Positions 28,054 through 37,446 of a DNA stretch of 64,000 nt are shown here, in pieces. Every line of letters starts with the position of its first letter. Positions within the stretch are counted from its first letter, which is position 1. Source of the DNA: Patescibacteria group bacterium (GTDB taxonomy: Bacteria; Patescibacteriota; Microgenomatia; UBA8517); contig JAHJHG010000009.1 of NCBI GenBank assembly GCA_018823885.1, forward strand, positions 783 through 64,782. The letters are read 5' to 3'. The notes beneath the pieces were generated by a model that was given only the letters and a program-made list of their open reading frames with translations, was not told where the DNA came from and ran no database searches. The position numbers and the translations under genes are program-made.

Positions 28054-29370
28054 ATGATCGCTTTGATAAAATCCTTGCTAACAAGGTTAATTTCAGCTGA
28101 CCTGTTGAAAAGACTTATTAAATTCACTTTCCAACTTCTTATACTACTTCTTCCGACTCAATTAGCATTGCATTTTTGGCCAGACTGGGCCTATGTGTAT
28201 GGATTTAAAATAGATTATTTTTCGCCCACTATATATTTAACTGATATTTTGGCGATTCTGTTATTTGTCTTTTGGACTATTCAAGGTTTTCTTAGAAGAA
28301 CGAGCCAAAAGCGCCCATATGATAAATATATATATTTATCAGCAATAACTATCCTAGTCGTTTTTGTGGGAATTAATATCTATCTTGCGAAAAGCCCGTG
28401 GGTGGCTATTTACAAATGGGCTAAAGTAATTGAATTTCTATTAATCGGGCTATTTGTAGCGCGTGCCAAAGACTTTGATTTTGGTAGTTGGATAGCCAAG
28501 CCCTTATCTTTCTCGCTAATTGCTGTTTCTATCCTTGCCTTTGTCCAATTCAGTCTTCAAGAAACAGTTGGAGGATTATTCTTCCTCTTTGGAGAAAGAA
28601 GCTTTACTGCCACAACACCGGGAATAGCTACCTTTACTATGTTTGGAAGGGAGTTATTAAGGCCTTATTCTGTATTTCCTCATCCTAATGTTATGGCAGG
28701 GTTTTTGGGAGTAGGATTTTTCCTTTTGTTGCGCAACTTGAGCAGAAAATCGAAAACACCTATTTATTACATATTATCGTTGGTGGTTACTTCTTTAGCA
28801 CTCGTATTAAGTGTTTCCCGCGGGGCTTGGATTGCGTTTGTTTTGGTTGGCTTGTCTCTTATTGCTGCGAAATTCAATGTAGATATATTTAAAAGACTAT
28901 ATCTTTTAATCGTTGTTTCAATAATCGCCATGAGCCTTCTTCTTCCTATCGTATCGGACAGGTTGCTATTTTCACTAGGTCATATTGAGACAGTGAATCA
29001 CAGATTGCATCTTGCGAAAGAGGCGGGGACCTTAATTGCTGAGAATCCAATTGTGGGAGTAGGTATAGGAAATTATATTTTAGGACTTGTTGAAAGCTCA
29101 GACTTTCCGAAGGTTACTTGGTGGTTACAGCCGGCTCACAATATATTTTTACTCACATTTTCAGAAACCGGATTCGTTGGCTTTTATACTTTTGTTTTAT
29201 TGTTGTTGACCGTTATAACCAAAGCAATCTTAAGAAAAGAGAACATATTGTTGGCGGCGCTTCTGTTCGTAGTCCTAACTGGCTTCCTTGATCATTACTG
29301 GGTTACCTTACAACAAACACAAATCCTTTTTGCGGTTTTGGTGGGTCTAATGTTCAGAAAAAAGGGATAA
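28054..29370 (+). CDS. O-antigen ligase/polymerase family protein
   Basis: RPYSVFPHPNVMAG, SVSRGAW, GVGIGNY, QPAHNIFL...ETG. Confidence 0.85.
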   Translation: MIALIKSLLTRLISADLLKRLIKFTFQLLILLLPTQLALHFWPDWAYVYGFKIDYFSPTIYLTDILAILLFVFWTIQGFLRRTSQKRPYDKYIYLSAITILVVFVGINIYLAKSPWVAIYKWAKVIEFLLIGLFVARAKDFDFGSWIAKPLSFSLIAVSILAFVQFSLQETVGGLFFLFGERSFTATTPGIATFTMFGRELLRPYSVFPHPNVMAGFLGVGFFLLLRNLSRKSKTPIYYILSLVVTSLALVLSVSRGAWIAFVLVGLSLIAAKFNVDIFKRLYLLIVVSIIAMSLLLPIVSDRLLFSLGHIETVNHRLHLAKEAGTLIAENPIVGVGIGNYILGLVESSDFPKVTWWLQPAHNIFLLTFSETGFVGFYTFVLLLLTVITKAILRKENILLAALLFVVLTGFLDHYWVTLQQTQILFAVLVGLMFRKKG

Positions 29371-29403
29371 ACACTTTATCTACTTCGTGTTAAACTGACA
29401 AAC

Positions 29404-29823
29404 ATGGAAGACAAAATAATTATATATTGCGATGGAGGAGCAAGAGGTAATCCAGGCCCTGCTGCTTCAGCCTTTGTCGCTATTCAAGACGGCAAGATTA
29501 CCCATAGGGGTTCAAAATACATAGGGATAGCCACAAATAACGTGGCCGAATATGGATCAGTGCTACTGGCTTTGTCCTGGCTATTTAAAAACTACAAAGA
29601 CGACACAGATTTAGAGATAATTATTAATCTTGATTCAGAATTGGTTACAAAACAGATGTCGGGACTTTACAAAGTTAAGAACCCAAAATTAAAGGAGATG
29701 TTTGTAAAAGGAAAAGGGATCGAGTCAAAGTTGTCTTCCAAAGTTATATATAAATGGACACCAAGAGACAAAAATAGACTGGCCGATTTTTTAGTAAACA
29801 AAGAGCTGGATAAACGCATATAG
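29404..29823 (+). CDS. rnhA: Ribonuclease HI family protein
   Basis: DGGARGNPGPAA, TNNVAEY, DSELV, N..AD. Confidence 0.88.
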   Translation: MEDKIIIYCDGGARGNPGPAASAFVAIQDGKITHRGSKYIGIATNNVAEYGSVLLALSWLFKNYKDDTDLEIIINLDSELVTKQMSGLYKVKNPKLKEMFVKGKGIESKLSSKVIYKWTPRDKNRLADFLVNKELDKRI

Positions 29824-29964
29824 AATTACATATTAGAAGCACTTCTTAATACACGTGGCAAACAGCTGGCACTTGAAAACAAATCTTTTTCCCGTGACGA
29901 ATACACTTTTATTGATTGAACTAGATTGAAAAGTTGCGTTAATTGACTTAGCATATTAAATACT

Positions 29965-32712
29965 ATGACTGATTCCTCAATGCTTCCATTTGACCAAAGA
30001 CCTGTTGTGATTATCTATGCTGACCCATCGGCCTTAGCAGTAGCGTTTGTTGAATCTCTCGTTGCAGGACTATCGAGGGTTCGCATTATAAGCAATGAAG
30101 GTGCAAAGTGGCGTAAACAAATTAATCACTTGGCTCAAAATACGTCAGTTGAAGTGGTTAGCGGGTTGCAAAAAAGTAATTTGGGGAATTCGAACTATCT
30201 AGTTTTTATACACTGTGACGAAAATACAATTTCGGATCAGAAGACTTTAAAGGAAAAAAAGAAGTATTTAGAGCAAGTTGCAGCATTGGCAATGGAACTA
30301 CAAGCGAAGGTCTTAGTGGTATTGCCTTATTATCAAGACTCGTATGAAAATATATTGTTTGATCAATCAGCGGCAATTCTGACAAATAAGGATTTAATTG
30401 TAGGGTTAGTTTGTCTTGGGGAATTGTTTGGACCACGAATGTCGTTTTCGAGCAACGGAATTGTGACGACAACAATCAAAGATGCAATAGGTAAGTCAGC
30501 ACTTAAAGAATATAGATACATAGAGCTGTATCCTACATATATTCCTGATGCTGCGCGAGGCCTTGTAAAAAGTCTTTTTTCCTTCGGTTCTATGGGGACA
30601 ACGTCTCTAATGTATTCAAAAAAAATATCCGCAAGTAAGTTTACATCACTGCTGAAAGATATAGTTTCTCGCGAAGTTCACGCAGAAGTGTATGCCCCAG
30701 AGAGTAAAATTTCACCCAAATTAAATACAACCATTAACTTAAAGACAGATTTAAAACAAGCTTTAACAGAGACATTAGACTGGTTTAAACAATATGGTCA
30801 AGTGCCCTTACCTGTGATTAAGAAAAAACAGGTTGTGAAACCAATAAAGCCTGCAAAACCTAAACGCTCTTTTCAAATAGACTTACCAAAACTGGAAAAA
30901 AAGAGACTAGGTAAAACAAGCAAGGCGTGGGCTTGGGGGACAATTCTTGTAATTATGCTTTTGATTTTCAGTCCGGCCTTTTTAGTATTAAGCTCATCGT
31001 CTTTGTGGGTGGCCATGAATCAAGCTCTTTCAGGAAGGGAGGCCCTGGCTCAAACGGCCCTGACTTTTTCATCAGTTACTTCAGGAATAGCACGCAGGCA
31101 AGCCGGGGTTTATGCAAAAATTCCTGTTGTGGGTAAATTATATGAACCAGTTGTGTTTCTTTCCTCCTTCGTACAGCGATTATCCCTTTTGGGGGAAAAA
31201 GGATTAGTTGTTTTTCATTCATCTAGTCAAATTGTTCAAAAATCATTAGCAGGAGAGTCCTACGATATACAAGCCTATTCTGAAAACATAGCTCTCGAAC
31301 TCGACTTGCTATATAGAGAAATGGGCTTTCTACAATCAGAGGTTGAGGATGGAAATAAGACAGGGAAAAAGTATGCGGAGAAGATTCTTGACAAACTAGA
31401 CTTTGGTGCATTAAGAGGAAAGATTTTATCAGCCAAGCAAATTGCGGAATCTTTACCAGTGATATTGGGGAGTGACGCTTCAGTAAAATATTTAATTTTG
31501 TTTCAGAACAATATGGAATTAAGACCAACCGGAGGTTTTATAGGCTCATTTGCCCTAATTAGTTTTAAAGAAGGCAAGATAATCGACCTAAATGTGTCAG
31601 ACGTTTACACAGCTGATGGTCAATTGAAAGGACACATAGAACCTCCCACACCTATTAAAAATTACCTTGGCGAGGCCAACTGGTTTTTAAGAGATTCTAA
31701 TTGGGATCCTGATTTCCCTTCTTCGGCCACTACAGTCGAGTGGTTTTTAGAAAAGGAAATAGGAGAAAGTGTCGATGGGGTCATCGCTGTAGATTTAGAA
31801 TTTGCCAGGGAGCTTATAAACGAAATGGGCCCTGTATATTTAGCAGACTTTGGTAAGGAAATAGATAGCGACAATTTATATGAAATTACTCAATACGAAG
31901 TAGAAAAGGATTTTTTCCCTGGCTCTCAAAAAAAGGCGACATTTTTGACGGCCTTAGCGAGAGAATTAATGGATGATTTGATAAACATGCCTTCAAATAA
32001 ATATATTGACATCGGCAAGGCAATATCGAAATCTTTAGACGAAAAACATATACAGCTATTTTTACATAACAAAAACACTCAAAGGGCCATTGCTGACATG
32101 GGTTGGGATGGGGGAGTATATCAACCAACCTGCTCAGGTAATTGCTATGCTGATTGGTTAGGGATAATTGACGCCAACGTGGGTGTTAATAAGGCAAACT
32201 ATTTTATAGAAAGAAGTTCTACTCTTAATGTTACAATGAGTGAAGGGGAAATAATCAAGGATTTGACAATTCTTATAGAGAATAGTGCAAGTCCGGCTCT
32301 TGGAAATGATGCGATATATAAGAATTACCTGAGAGTATTAGCTCCTCAAAAAGCATATTTCTCGGATATAGAAATATTGGATATGGCAGAAAAAGAATTA
32401 GTCGCACCTGAAGTTAGGGAAGTAAGGGGCAGGAAAGAAGCTGGCGTTTATGTTGAAGTTGGGCCAGGGCATTCAAAAAGCATTACCTTTTCTTGGAAAG
32501 AAAAAATTGATTTATCTTTTAATACTCCTGGGGAATATCGTTTGTACTGGCGCAAACAAGCAGGAACGATATCAGACAAAATAAGCACGAATTTCATACT
32601 ACCGAGCACAATCACTCCGTACGGGCAAGAATCTCTTTCCTTGACCGATGAAGGGATTCTTGTTTATAATACGAATCTAGCGAGAGATCACTCCTCTCGT
32701 ATTTTTTGGTAA
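29965..32712 (+). CDS. DUF4012-domain membrane protein with degenerate epimerase-like N-terminus
   Basis: YLILFQNNMELRPTGGFIGS, RDSNWDPDFP, N.GVNKAN. Confidence 0.75.
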   Translation: MTDSSMLPFDQRPVVIIYADPSALAVAFVESLVAGLSRVRIISNEGAKWRKQINHLAQNTSVEVVSGLQKSNLGNSNYLVFIHCDENTISDQKTLKEKKKYLEQVAALAMELQAKVLVVLPYYQDSYENILFDQSAAILTNKDLIVGLVCLGELFGPRMSFSSNGIVTTTIKDAIGKSALKEYRYIELYPTYIPDAARGLVKSLFSFGSMGTTSLMYSKKISASKFTSLLKDIVSREVHAEVYAPESKISPKLNTTINLKTDLKQALTETLDWFKQYGQVPLPVIKKKQVVKPIKPAKPKRSFQIDLPKLEKKRLGKTSKAWAWGTILVIMLLIFSPAFLVLSSSSLWVAMNQALSGREALAQTALTFSSVTSGIARRQAGVYAKIPVVGKLYEPVVFLSSFVQRLSLLGEKGLVVFHSSSQIVQKSLAGESYDIQAYSENIALELDLLYREMGFLQSEVEDGNKTGKKYAEKILDKLDFGALRGKILSAKQIAESLPVILGSDASVKYLILFQNNMELRPTGGFIGSFALISFKEGKIIDLNVSDVYTADGQLKGHIEPPTPIKNYLGEANWFLRDSNWDPDFPSSATTVEWFLEKEIGESVDGVIAVDLEFARELINEMGPVYLADFGKEIDSDNLYEITQYEVEKDFFPGSQKKATFLTALARELMDDLINMPSNKYIDIGKAISKSLDEKHIQLFLHNKNTQRAIADMGWDGGVYQPTCSGNCYADWLGIIDANVGVNKANYFIERSSTLNVTMSEGEIIKDLTILIENSASPALGNDAIYKNYLRVLAPQKAYFSDIEILDMAEKELVAPEVREVRGRKEAGVYVEVGPGHSKSITFSWKEKIDLSFNTPGEYRLYWRKQAGTISDKISTNFILPSTITPYGQESLSLTDEGILVYNTNLARDHSSRIFW

Positions 32713-32714
32713 GA

Positions 32715-33431
32715 ATGGATAAACATACACTAAAAGCAACCAAGAGAAAGATTTTAGGTCAAAAAGTAAAGACTCTTCGAAAAGAAGGTATTTTGCCAGC
32801 TAACATTTATGGTAAGAAAGTTAAGTCTTTAGCAATTCAAATACCCTTAAGTGAATTTGAGAAGGTATATAAGGAAGCTGGAGAAACGGGTATCGTTGAA
32901 ATCGCTGTCGATAGCACAAAAAGACCAGTTCTAATTAACAACATACAGCGACATCCTGTTTCTGATTTTCCCCTACACGTAGATTTTCTTCAAATTGACC
33001 TCAAAGAAAAGGTTACAGCCGATGTTCCTATTGACCTTATTGGAGAATCTCCTGCGGAAAAGAGCGGCTTGGGGACAGTTGTTCAATATATAAATGAAAT
33101 TGAAGTAGAGGCTTTACCAGCTAACTTACCAGAAAAGTTTGAAATAGACCTATCTAAACTTACGGAAGTGGATAAAGCGGTATTAGTGAAAGACCTTACT
33201 GTAGATACAAAAAAGGTAGAAATAAAATCAGACCTAGAACAAGTTCTTGTTAAGGTAGAACCTCCTCGAAAAGAAGAGGAAATTATAGCTCCAGTTGAGA
33301 CAGAAGTAGAGGGAGAGGAAGTAGAAGAAGGCGAAGAGCCATTAGAGGGGGATAAGGCCCCTGTAGAGGGAGAGGAAGTAGAAAAGAAAGAAGAGAAAAC
33401 AGAAGACAAGACAGAAAAGAAAGTAAAATAA
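32715..33431 (+). CDS. rplY: 50S ribosomal protein L25 (Ctc type)
   Basis: LRKEGILPANIYG, QRHPVS..PLHVDF, acidic tail. Confidence 0.93.
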   Translation: MDKHTLKATKRKILGQKVKTLRKEGILPANIYGKKVKSLAIQIPLSEFEKVYKEAGETGIVEIAVDSTKRPVLINNIQRHPVSDFPLHVDFLQIDLKEKVTADVPIDLIGESPAEKSGLGTVVQYINEIEVEALPANLPEKFEIDLSKLTEVDKAVLVKDLTVDTKKVEIKSDLEQVLVKVEPPRKEEEIIAPVETEVEGEEVEEGEEPLEGDKAPVEGEEVEKKEEKTEDKTEKKVK

Positions 33432-33434
33432 CAG

Positions 33435-33797
33435 TTACAGTAATTTTTTTAGTCTTGTTAATTCCTCTAAGTTAGGATTAATTTCTTCAATCTTAATCAA
33501 AGCCTCTCTTGCTCCAGCAATGTCCCCGTCACTCATTTTAAGTTTTGCAAGTTCAAACCATCCCTCAATGTAATTTTCGTTTTCATTCAGAAAGCTTTCC
33601 CAAAACACAGTCTCATCGTGGGAGCTTGGTGTTACATCGGCCGAACTCAGTACTTTTTGTTTTTCTAGGTAATGATCAAGATTGAAGGTGGTAAGTAGAA
33701 GTAAGATGATAGTGCCCAAGACGACAAGCAAATAGGTGGCTTCATTTATAATGGCTAGATTTTTCTTCTTATCCGCTTTGGCAGGTTGTTTGGGCAT
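33435..33797 (-). CDS. Membrane-anchored TPR-like hypothetical protein
   Basis: TM followed by Y.EGWFELA......GD...A...L......NPN. Confidence 0.55.
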   Translation of the reverse strand: MPKQPAKADKKKNLAIINEATYLLVVLGTIILLLLTTFNLDHYLEKQKVLSSADVTPSSHDETVFWESFLNENENYIEGWFELAKLKMSDGDIAGAREALIKIEEINPNLEELTRLKKLL

Positions 33798-33824
33798 GAA
33801 GATTTGTTATATAGTGAAATAAGT

Positions 33825-34109
33825 ATGGACGAAGACAATCAAGTTAATCAAGGGTCTCTTGATAAACAAAAACTAGAACAGCTTGAAAATGAGCTAGGGA
33901 ATATTGAAAATAAGGCAACACAAGAAATACAATCGCAGCCTAACCAACCTGTTCAACAACCAAACGCTCCGCAACCAATAACGCCAGCATTATCAGCAGA
34001 TACCAAACCTCAAGGACTTGGCAAGTCAAAAGGGATTTTATGGATAGGAATAGCTCTTTTAATGCTGGCTATAGTTGGGATTGGGGCTTATTATCTTGGC
34101 TCTCACTAG
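33825..34109 (+). CDS. Hypothetical Gln/Pro-rich protein with C-terminal TM
   Basis: Low-complexity linker then GILWIGIALLMLAIVGIGAYYLG at the very end. Confidence 0.55.
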   Translation: MDEDNQVNQGSLDKQKLEQLENELGNIENKATQEIQSQPNQPVQQPNAPQPITPALSADTKPQGLGKSKGILWIGIALLMLAIVGIGAYYLGSH

Positions 34110-34145
34110 ATTATATTCACTCCAGAGATGATAGTCTCTTTTTTG

Positions 34146-36239
34146 TTAACCTTTTGGCCAAGACGCAGTAATTAGAATAGGGGAGTCAAAACGCTCTTTG
34201 CCTGTTTGCCAAATGGCTTCAGTAACAAATGGCATGAAAGGGTGGAGAAGTTTCAAGGATTCTTGTAATACCAGCTCTAACGTTTTTTGTGCTTCTTCGC
34301 GTCTGTTTTTGGTCTTTTCTAAATAGTCATTTGCGAACCTTTTCCAAATAAAATCGTATATTTCTTCAGCCGCCTCACTTAATCGATATTTTTCCATTAG
34401 GCGAGTTACTCGTTTTGAGGTTTTTCGTAAATCTTTAATAACTTCATTGTCGTCTTCGTTTCTTTTTGTTCTTTTACCAGAAGGATTGGCTAATACAAAT
34501 CTTGCAATATTCCAGATTTTATTAGCAAAGTTTCTTTGTCCTCGAACATTATCTTCCGAGAGGGACATGTCGTTTTCGATTAGAGCTCCCCAAACAACAG
34601 CCATACGTAAAGCATCGGCCCCGTATTTTTTAGTCATTTCAATAGGGTCAATGACATTTCCTTTTGATTTACTTATTTTTTGCCCTTCCTTATCCCTAAC
34701 CAGGCCGTGAATTAATACATCTTTGAATGGAACATCTCCTGCTACATAAATTCCCAGCATAATCATGCGTATGACCCAAAAGGGGAGTATGTCGTAGGCT
34801 GTTTCCATAACACTGGTTGGATAAAAACGTTCAAAATCTCCGGCCTTTCCCGTTTGAAGTGTGGCAAAAGGCCATTGTCCTGAAGAGAACCAGGTATCAA
34901 AAGTGTCTGTGTCTTGAATAAGTTTTGTATGGGAGCAAGAGATGCATTTATCTGGTGTCTTTCCATCCGTTATTGTCCATTCAAGACATTTTTGGCATCG
35001 ATAAGCTGGAATTCTGATTCCCCAAACAATCTGACGACTTACGTTCCAATCATACAGGTTTTTAAGCCAATGTTTGGCTATTTTTTCATATCGCTTTGCC
35101 GCAAATTTAACTTGTCCCTTTTTTATCGCTGCAAACGCTTTTTTAGATAATGATTCAACTTTAATGAACCATTGTTTGGAAAGCATTGGTTCAATTAAGC
35201 TTTGATCTCTGTAGCAGACACCAATTGTATGATGAATTTTTTCTATCTTCTTCATCTTTCCGGCTTCTTTTAAATCATTGACAACAACCTCTCTCGCTTT
35301 CTTGGTCCTCATACCGATGTACTTTTTCGGGGTATTAATCATTTTTCCACTTTCATCAATAACAGCAATCCTTGGAAGATTGTGCTTTTGGCCTATTTCG
35401 AAATCTGTCGCGTCATGGCCCGGAGTGACTTTTAAGGCACCAGTTCCGAATTCGGGATCGACAAGTGTGTCAGCAATTATTGGAAGTTCACGGTTTACTA
35501 AAGGAAGGATGGCGGATTTTCCAATTAGTTTTTGATAACGGGTGTCTTTAGGATTAACAGCGATAGCAACATCAGCAAATATTGTTTCGGGTCTCGTAGT
35601 AGCGATAGTTATACTACCGTAATTAAGATAATAAAACTCGTCATCTTGCTCAACGTGTTTCACCTCAAGCTGGGAGAAAGCCGTTCCACAGCGAGGGCAA
35701 TAATTGATAATTCGTTCCCCTCTGTAAACTAATCCATCATCATAGAGTTTTTTAAAGGTGTTGTGAACAATTTTTGTAATGTTAGGATCAAGAGTGAACT
35801 TGTTGCGACTCCAATCACATGATGCTCCCAATGCCCGAAGCTGGTTTTCCATATTTCCCTTATATTTCATTACATGAGCCCAAATCATCTTATAAAGGGT
35901 GTCTTGGTCATAGTCAAAGCGACTTTTACCCTCCTTGGCGAGTTTTTTTTCGAAAACATATTGCGTTTCAATACCGGCATGATCTGCGCCTGGGAGCCAA
36001 AGGGTGGGTTCGCCCTTCATTCTGTGATAACGAACCAGAATGTCTTCGATGGCTACAAATCTGGCATGTCCGATATGAAGATCATCATTGGCGTTTGGAG
36101 GTGGCATAATGACAGTGAAGGGTTTCTTTTCTTGTTTTCCAGACGAGCTCTTCCTTTCTTGAGGCATAAAAGCCTTAGATTTTTCCCAAAGCTTGTATAT
36201 CTTTTCTTCGAATTGTTCGTGATTATAGCTTTTATCCAT
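34146..36239 (-). CDS. valS: Valine--tRNA ligase
   Basis: PPPNAN..LHIGHA, DHAGIETQ, TTRPET, DTWFSS, KISKS. Confidence 0.96.
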   Translation of the reverse strand: MDKSYNHEQFEEKIYKLWEKSKAFMPQERKSSSGKQEKKPFTVIMPPPNANDDLHIGHARFVAIEDILVRYHRMKGEPTLWLPGADHAGIETQYVFEKKLAKEGKSRFDYDQDTLYKMIWAHVMKYKGNMENQLRALGASCDWSRNKFTLDPNITKIVHNTFKKLYDDGLVYRGERIINYCPRCGTAFSQLEVKHVEQDDEFYYLNYGSITIATTRPETIFADVAIAVNPKDTRYQKLIGKSAILPLVNRELPIIADTLVDPEFGTGALKVTPGHDATDFEIGQKHNLPRIAVIDESGKMINTPKKYIGMRTKKAREVVVNDLKEAGKMKKIEKIHHTIGVCYRDQSLIEPMLSKQWFIKVESLSKKAFAAIKKGQVKFAAKRYEKIAKHWLKNLYDWNVSRQIVWGIRIPAYRCQKCLEWTITDGKTPDKCISCSHTKLIQDTDTFDTWFSSGQWPFATLQTGKAGDFERFYPTSVMETAYDILPFWVIRMIMLGIYVAGDVPFKDVLIHGLVRDKEGQKISKSKGNVIDPIEMTKKYGADALRMAVVWGALIENDMSLSEDNVRGQRNFANKIWNIARFVLANPSGKRTKRNEDDNEVIKDLRKTSKRVTRLMEKYRLSEAAEEIYDFIWKRFANDYLEKTKNRREEAQKTLELVLQESLKLLHPFMPFVTEAIWQTGKERFDSPILITASWPKG

Positions 36240-36298
36240 TTGTATATTCGGGCCAGACTGCTTTGAATTATACAACAAAGCTTATTATAGGAAGAGAC

Positions 36299-37324
36299 CT
36301 AAACTTGACCAGTAATCGTTAATTGTGGATTAGCATTAATTTTTTGCCAAGGGACGGGGGAGTGATTGAAATAGGCAAATGAAGCAATATAGGCAGCATT
36401 ATCAGTACATAGTTTTATTGGCGGTACAAAGAGGTTGATTTTGCCCACATGTTCACTAATGGCAGATTCGAATTTTTCTTTTAACCGTATATTGGCGGCA
36501 ACACCACCGGCAAGAAGTAGAGATTTGGGTTTATATTCCTGAACAGCCCGAAGTGTTTTCTTTATTAACACATCAACAATGGCTTCTTGAACTTCTGCAG
36601 CAATCTTTTGTTTTTCTTCATTGTTTAGCTCTCTATCCTTGACTTCATTTAAAACAGCGGTTTTTAAACCGGAGAAACTCCAATCATAATTTTTTTCGTT
36701 AATGATTGGTCTGGGGAAAAAAGACAGTTTTGTTTTAGGGTTTTTTGTCATGTACTTTTCCGCTTCTATAGAAATTGCCGGCCCACCGGGATAGGGGAGT
36801 CCCAAAAGTCTTGCCGTTTTGTCAAAAGCTTCCCCTGCGGCGTCATCTCTTGTTCCGCCAATCCATTCCAGTTTTCCGTGATCTTTCATTAAAACAATGT
36901 CTGTGTGGCCACCGGAAACGACTAATGCCAGAGCTGGAAACTCAGGGCTTTTTTTATCAGACAGCCAGTTGGCGTAAATATGAGCAGACAAGTGATTAAC
37001 GGGAATGATGGGTTTATTCCAGAGAAGGGAAAGAGTCTTTGCAGTTTCAATCCCTACAAGAAGTGAGCCAATTAATCCCGGACCAGAAGTGACGGCAATA
37101 GCTTCTATCTTCTCGTTATTAATTTTTGCTTTTTCCAAAGCAGAGGTTATTACTGGAATAATACTTTTTATTTGCTGTCGGGCTGCGTTTTCGGGAATAA
37201 TGCCGCCGGATTCAGCATGCATATCAGCGGAACTGGCAACAATGTTTGAAAGAATTTTTGTTCCGTTTTCAACCACAGCCGCCGCTGTTTCATCGCAACT
37301 ACTTTCAATTCCTAATATATTCAT
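36299..37324 (-). CDS. tsaD: tRNA t6A threonylcarbamoyltransferase
   Basis: ILGIESSCDET, GPGL, HLSAH, VSGGHT, DDAAGEAFDK, CTDNA. Confidence 0.95.
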   Translation of the reverse strand: MNILGIESSCDETAAAVVENGTKILSNIVASSADMHAESGGIIPENAARQQIKSIIPVITSALEKAKINNEKIEAIAVTSGPGLIGSLLVGIETAKTLSLLWNKPIIPVNHLSAHIYANWLSDKKSPEFPALALVVSGGHTDIVLMKDHGKLEWIGGTRDDAAGEAFDKTARLLGLPYPGGPAISIEAEKYMTKNPKTKLSFFPRPIINEKNYDWSFSGLKTAVLNEVKDRELNNEEKQKIAAEVQEAIVDVLIKKTLRAVQEYKPKSLLLAGGVAANIRLKEKFESAISEHVGKINLFVPPIKLCTDNAAYIASFAYFNHSPVPWQKINANPQLTITGQV

Positions 37325-37446
37325 ACGATTAACTATAAGAACACGTGAGAAAAATAGCCTCCGAACAAAATGTGAATTGGGAAATATCAGTGTTCATTGC
37401 GTCTAATTATATAACGTGGCGAGAAAAAAATGATTGATTTGTCGGA

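Noticed and set aside
29831-29851. Short AT-rich inverted repeat after rnhA
   Set aside because: Imperfect, weak, and without a U-tract; cannot be supported as a terminator.
33306-33383. 21-bp direct repeat GTAGAGGGAGAGGAAGTAGAA
   Set aside because: It encodes VEGEEVE twice in the low-complexity acidic tail of L25; not a CRISPR or mobile repeat.
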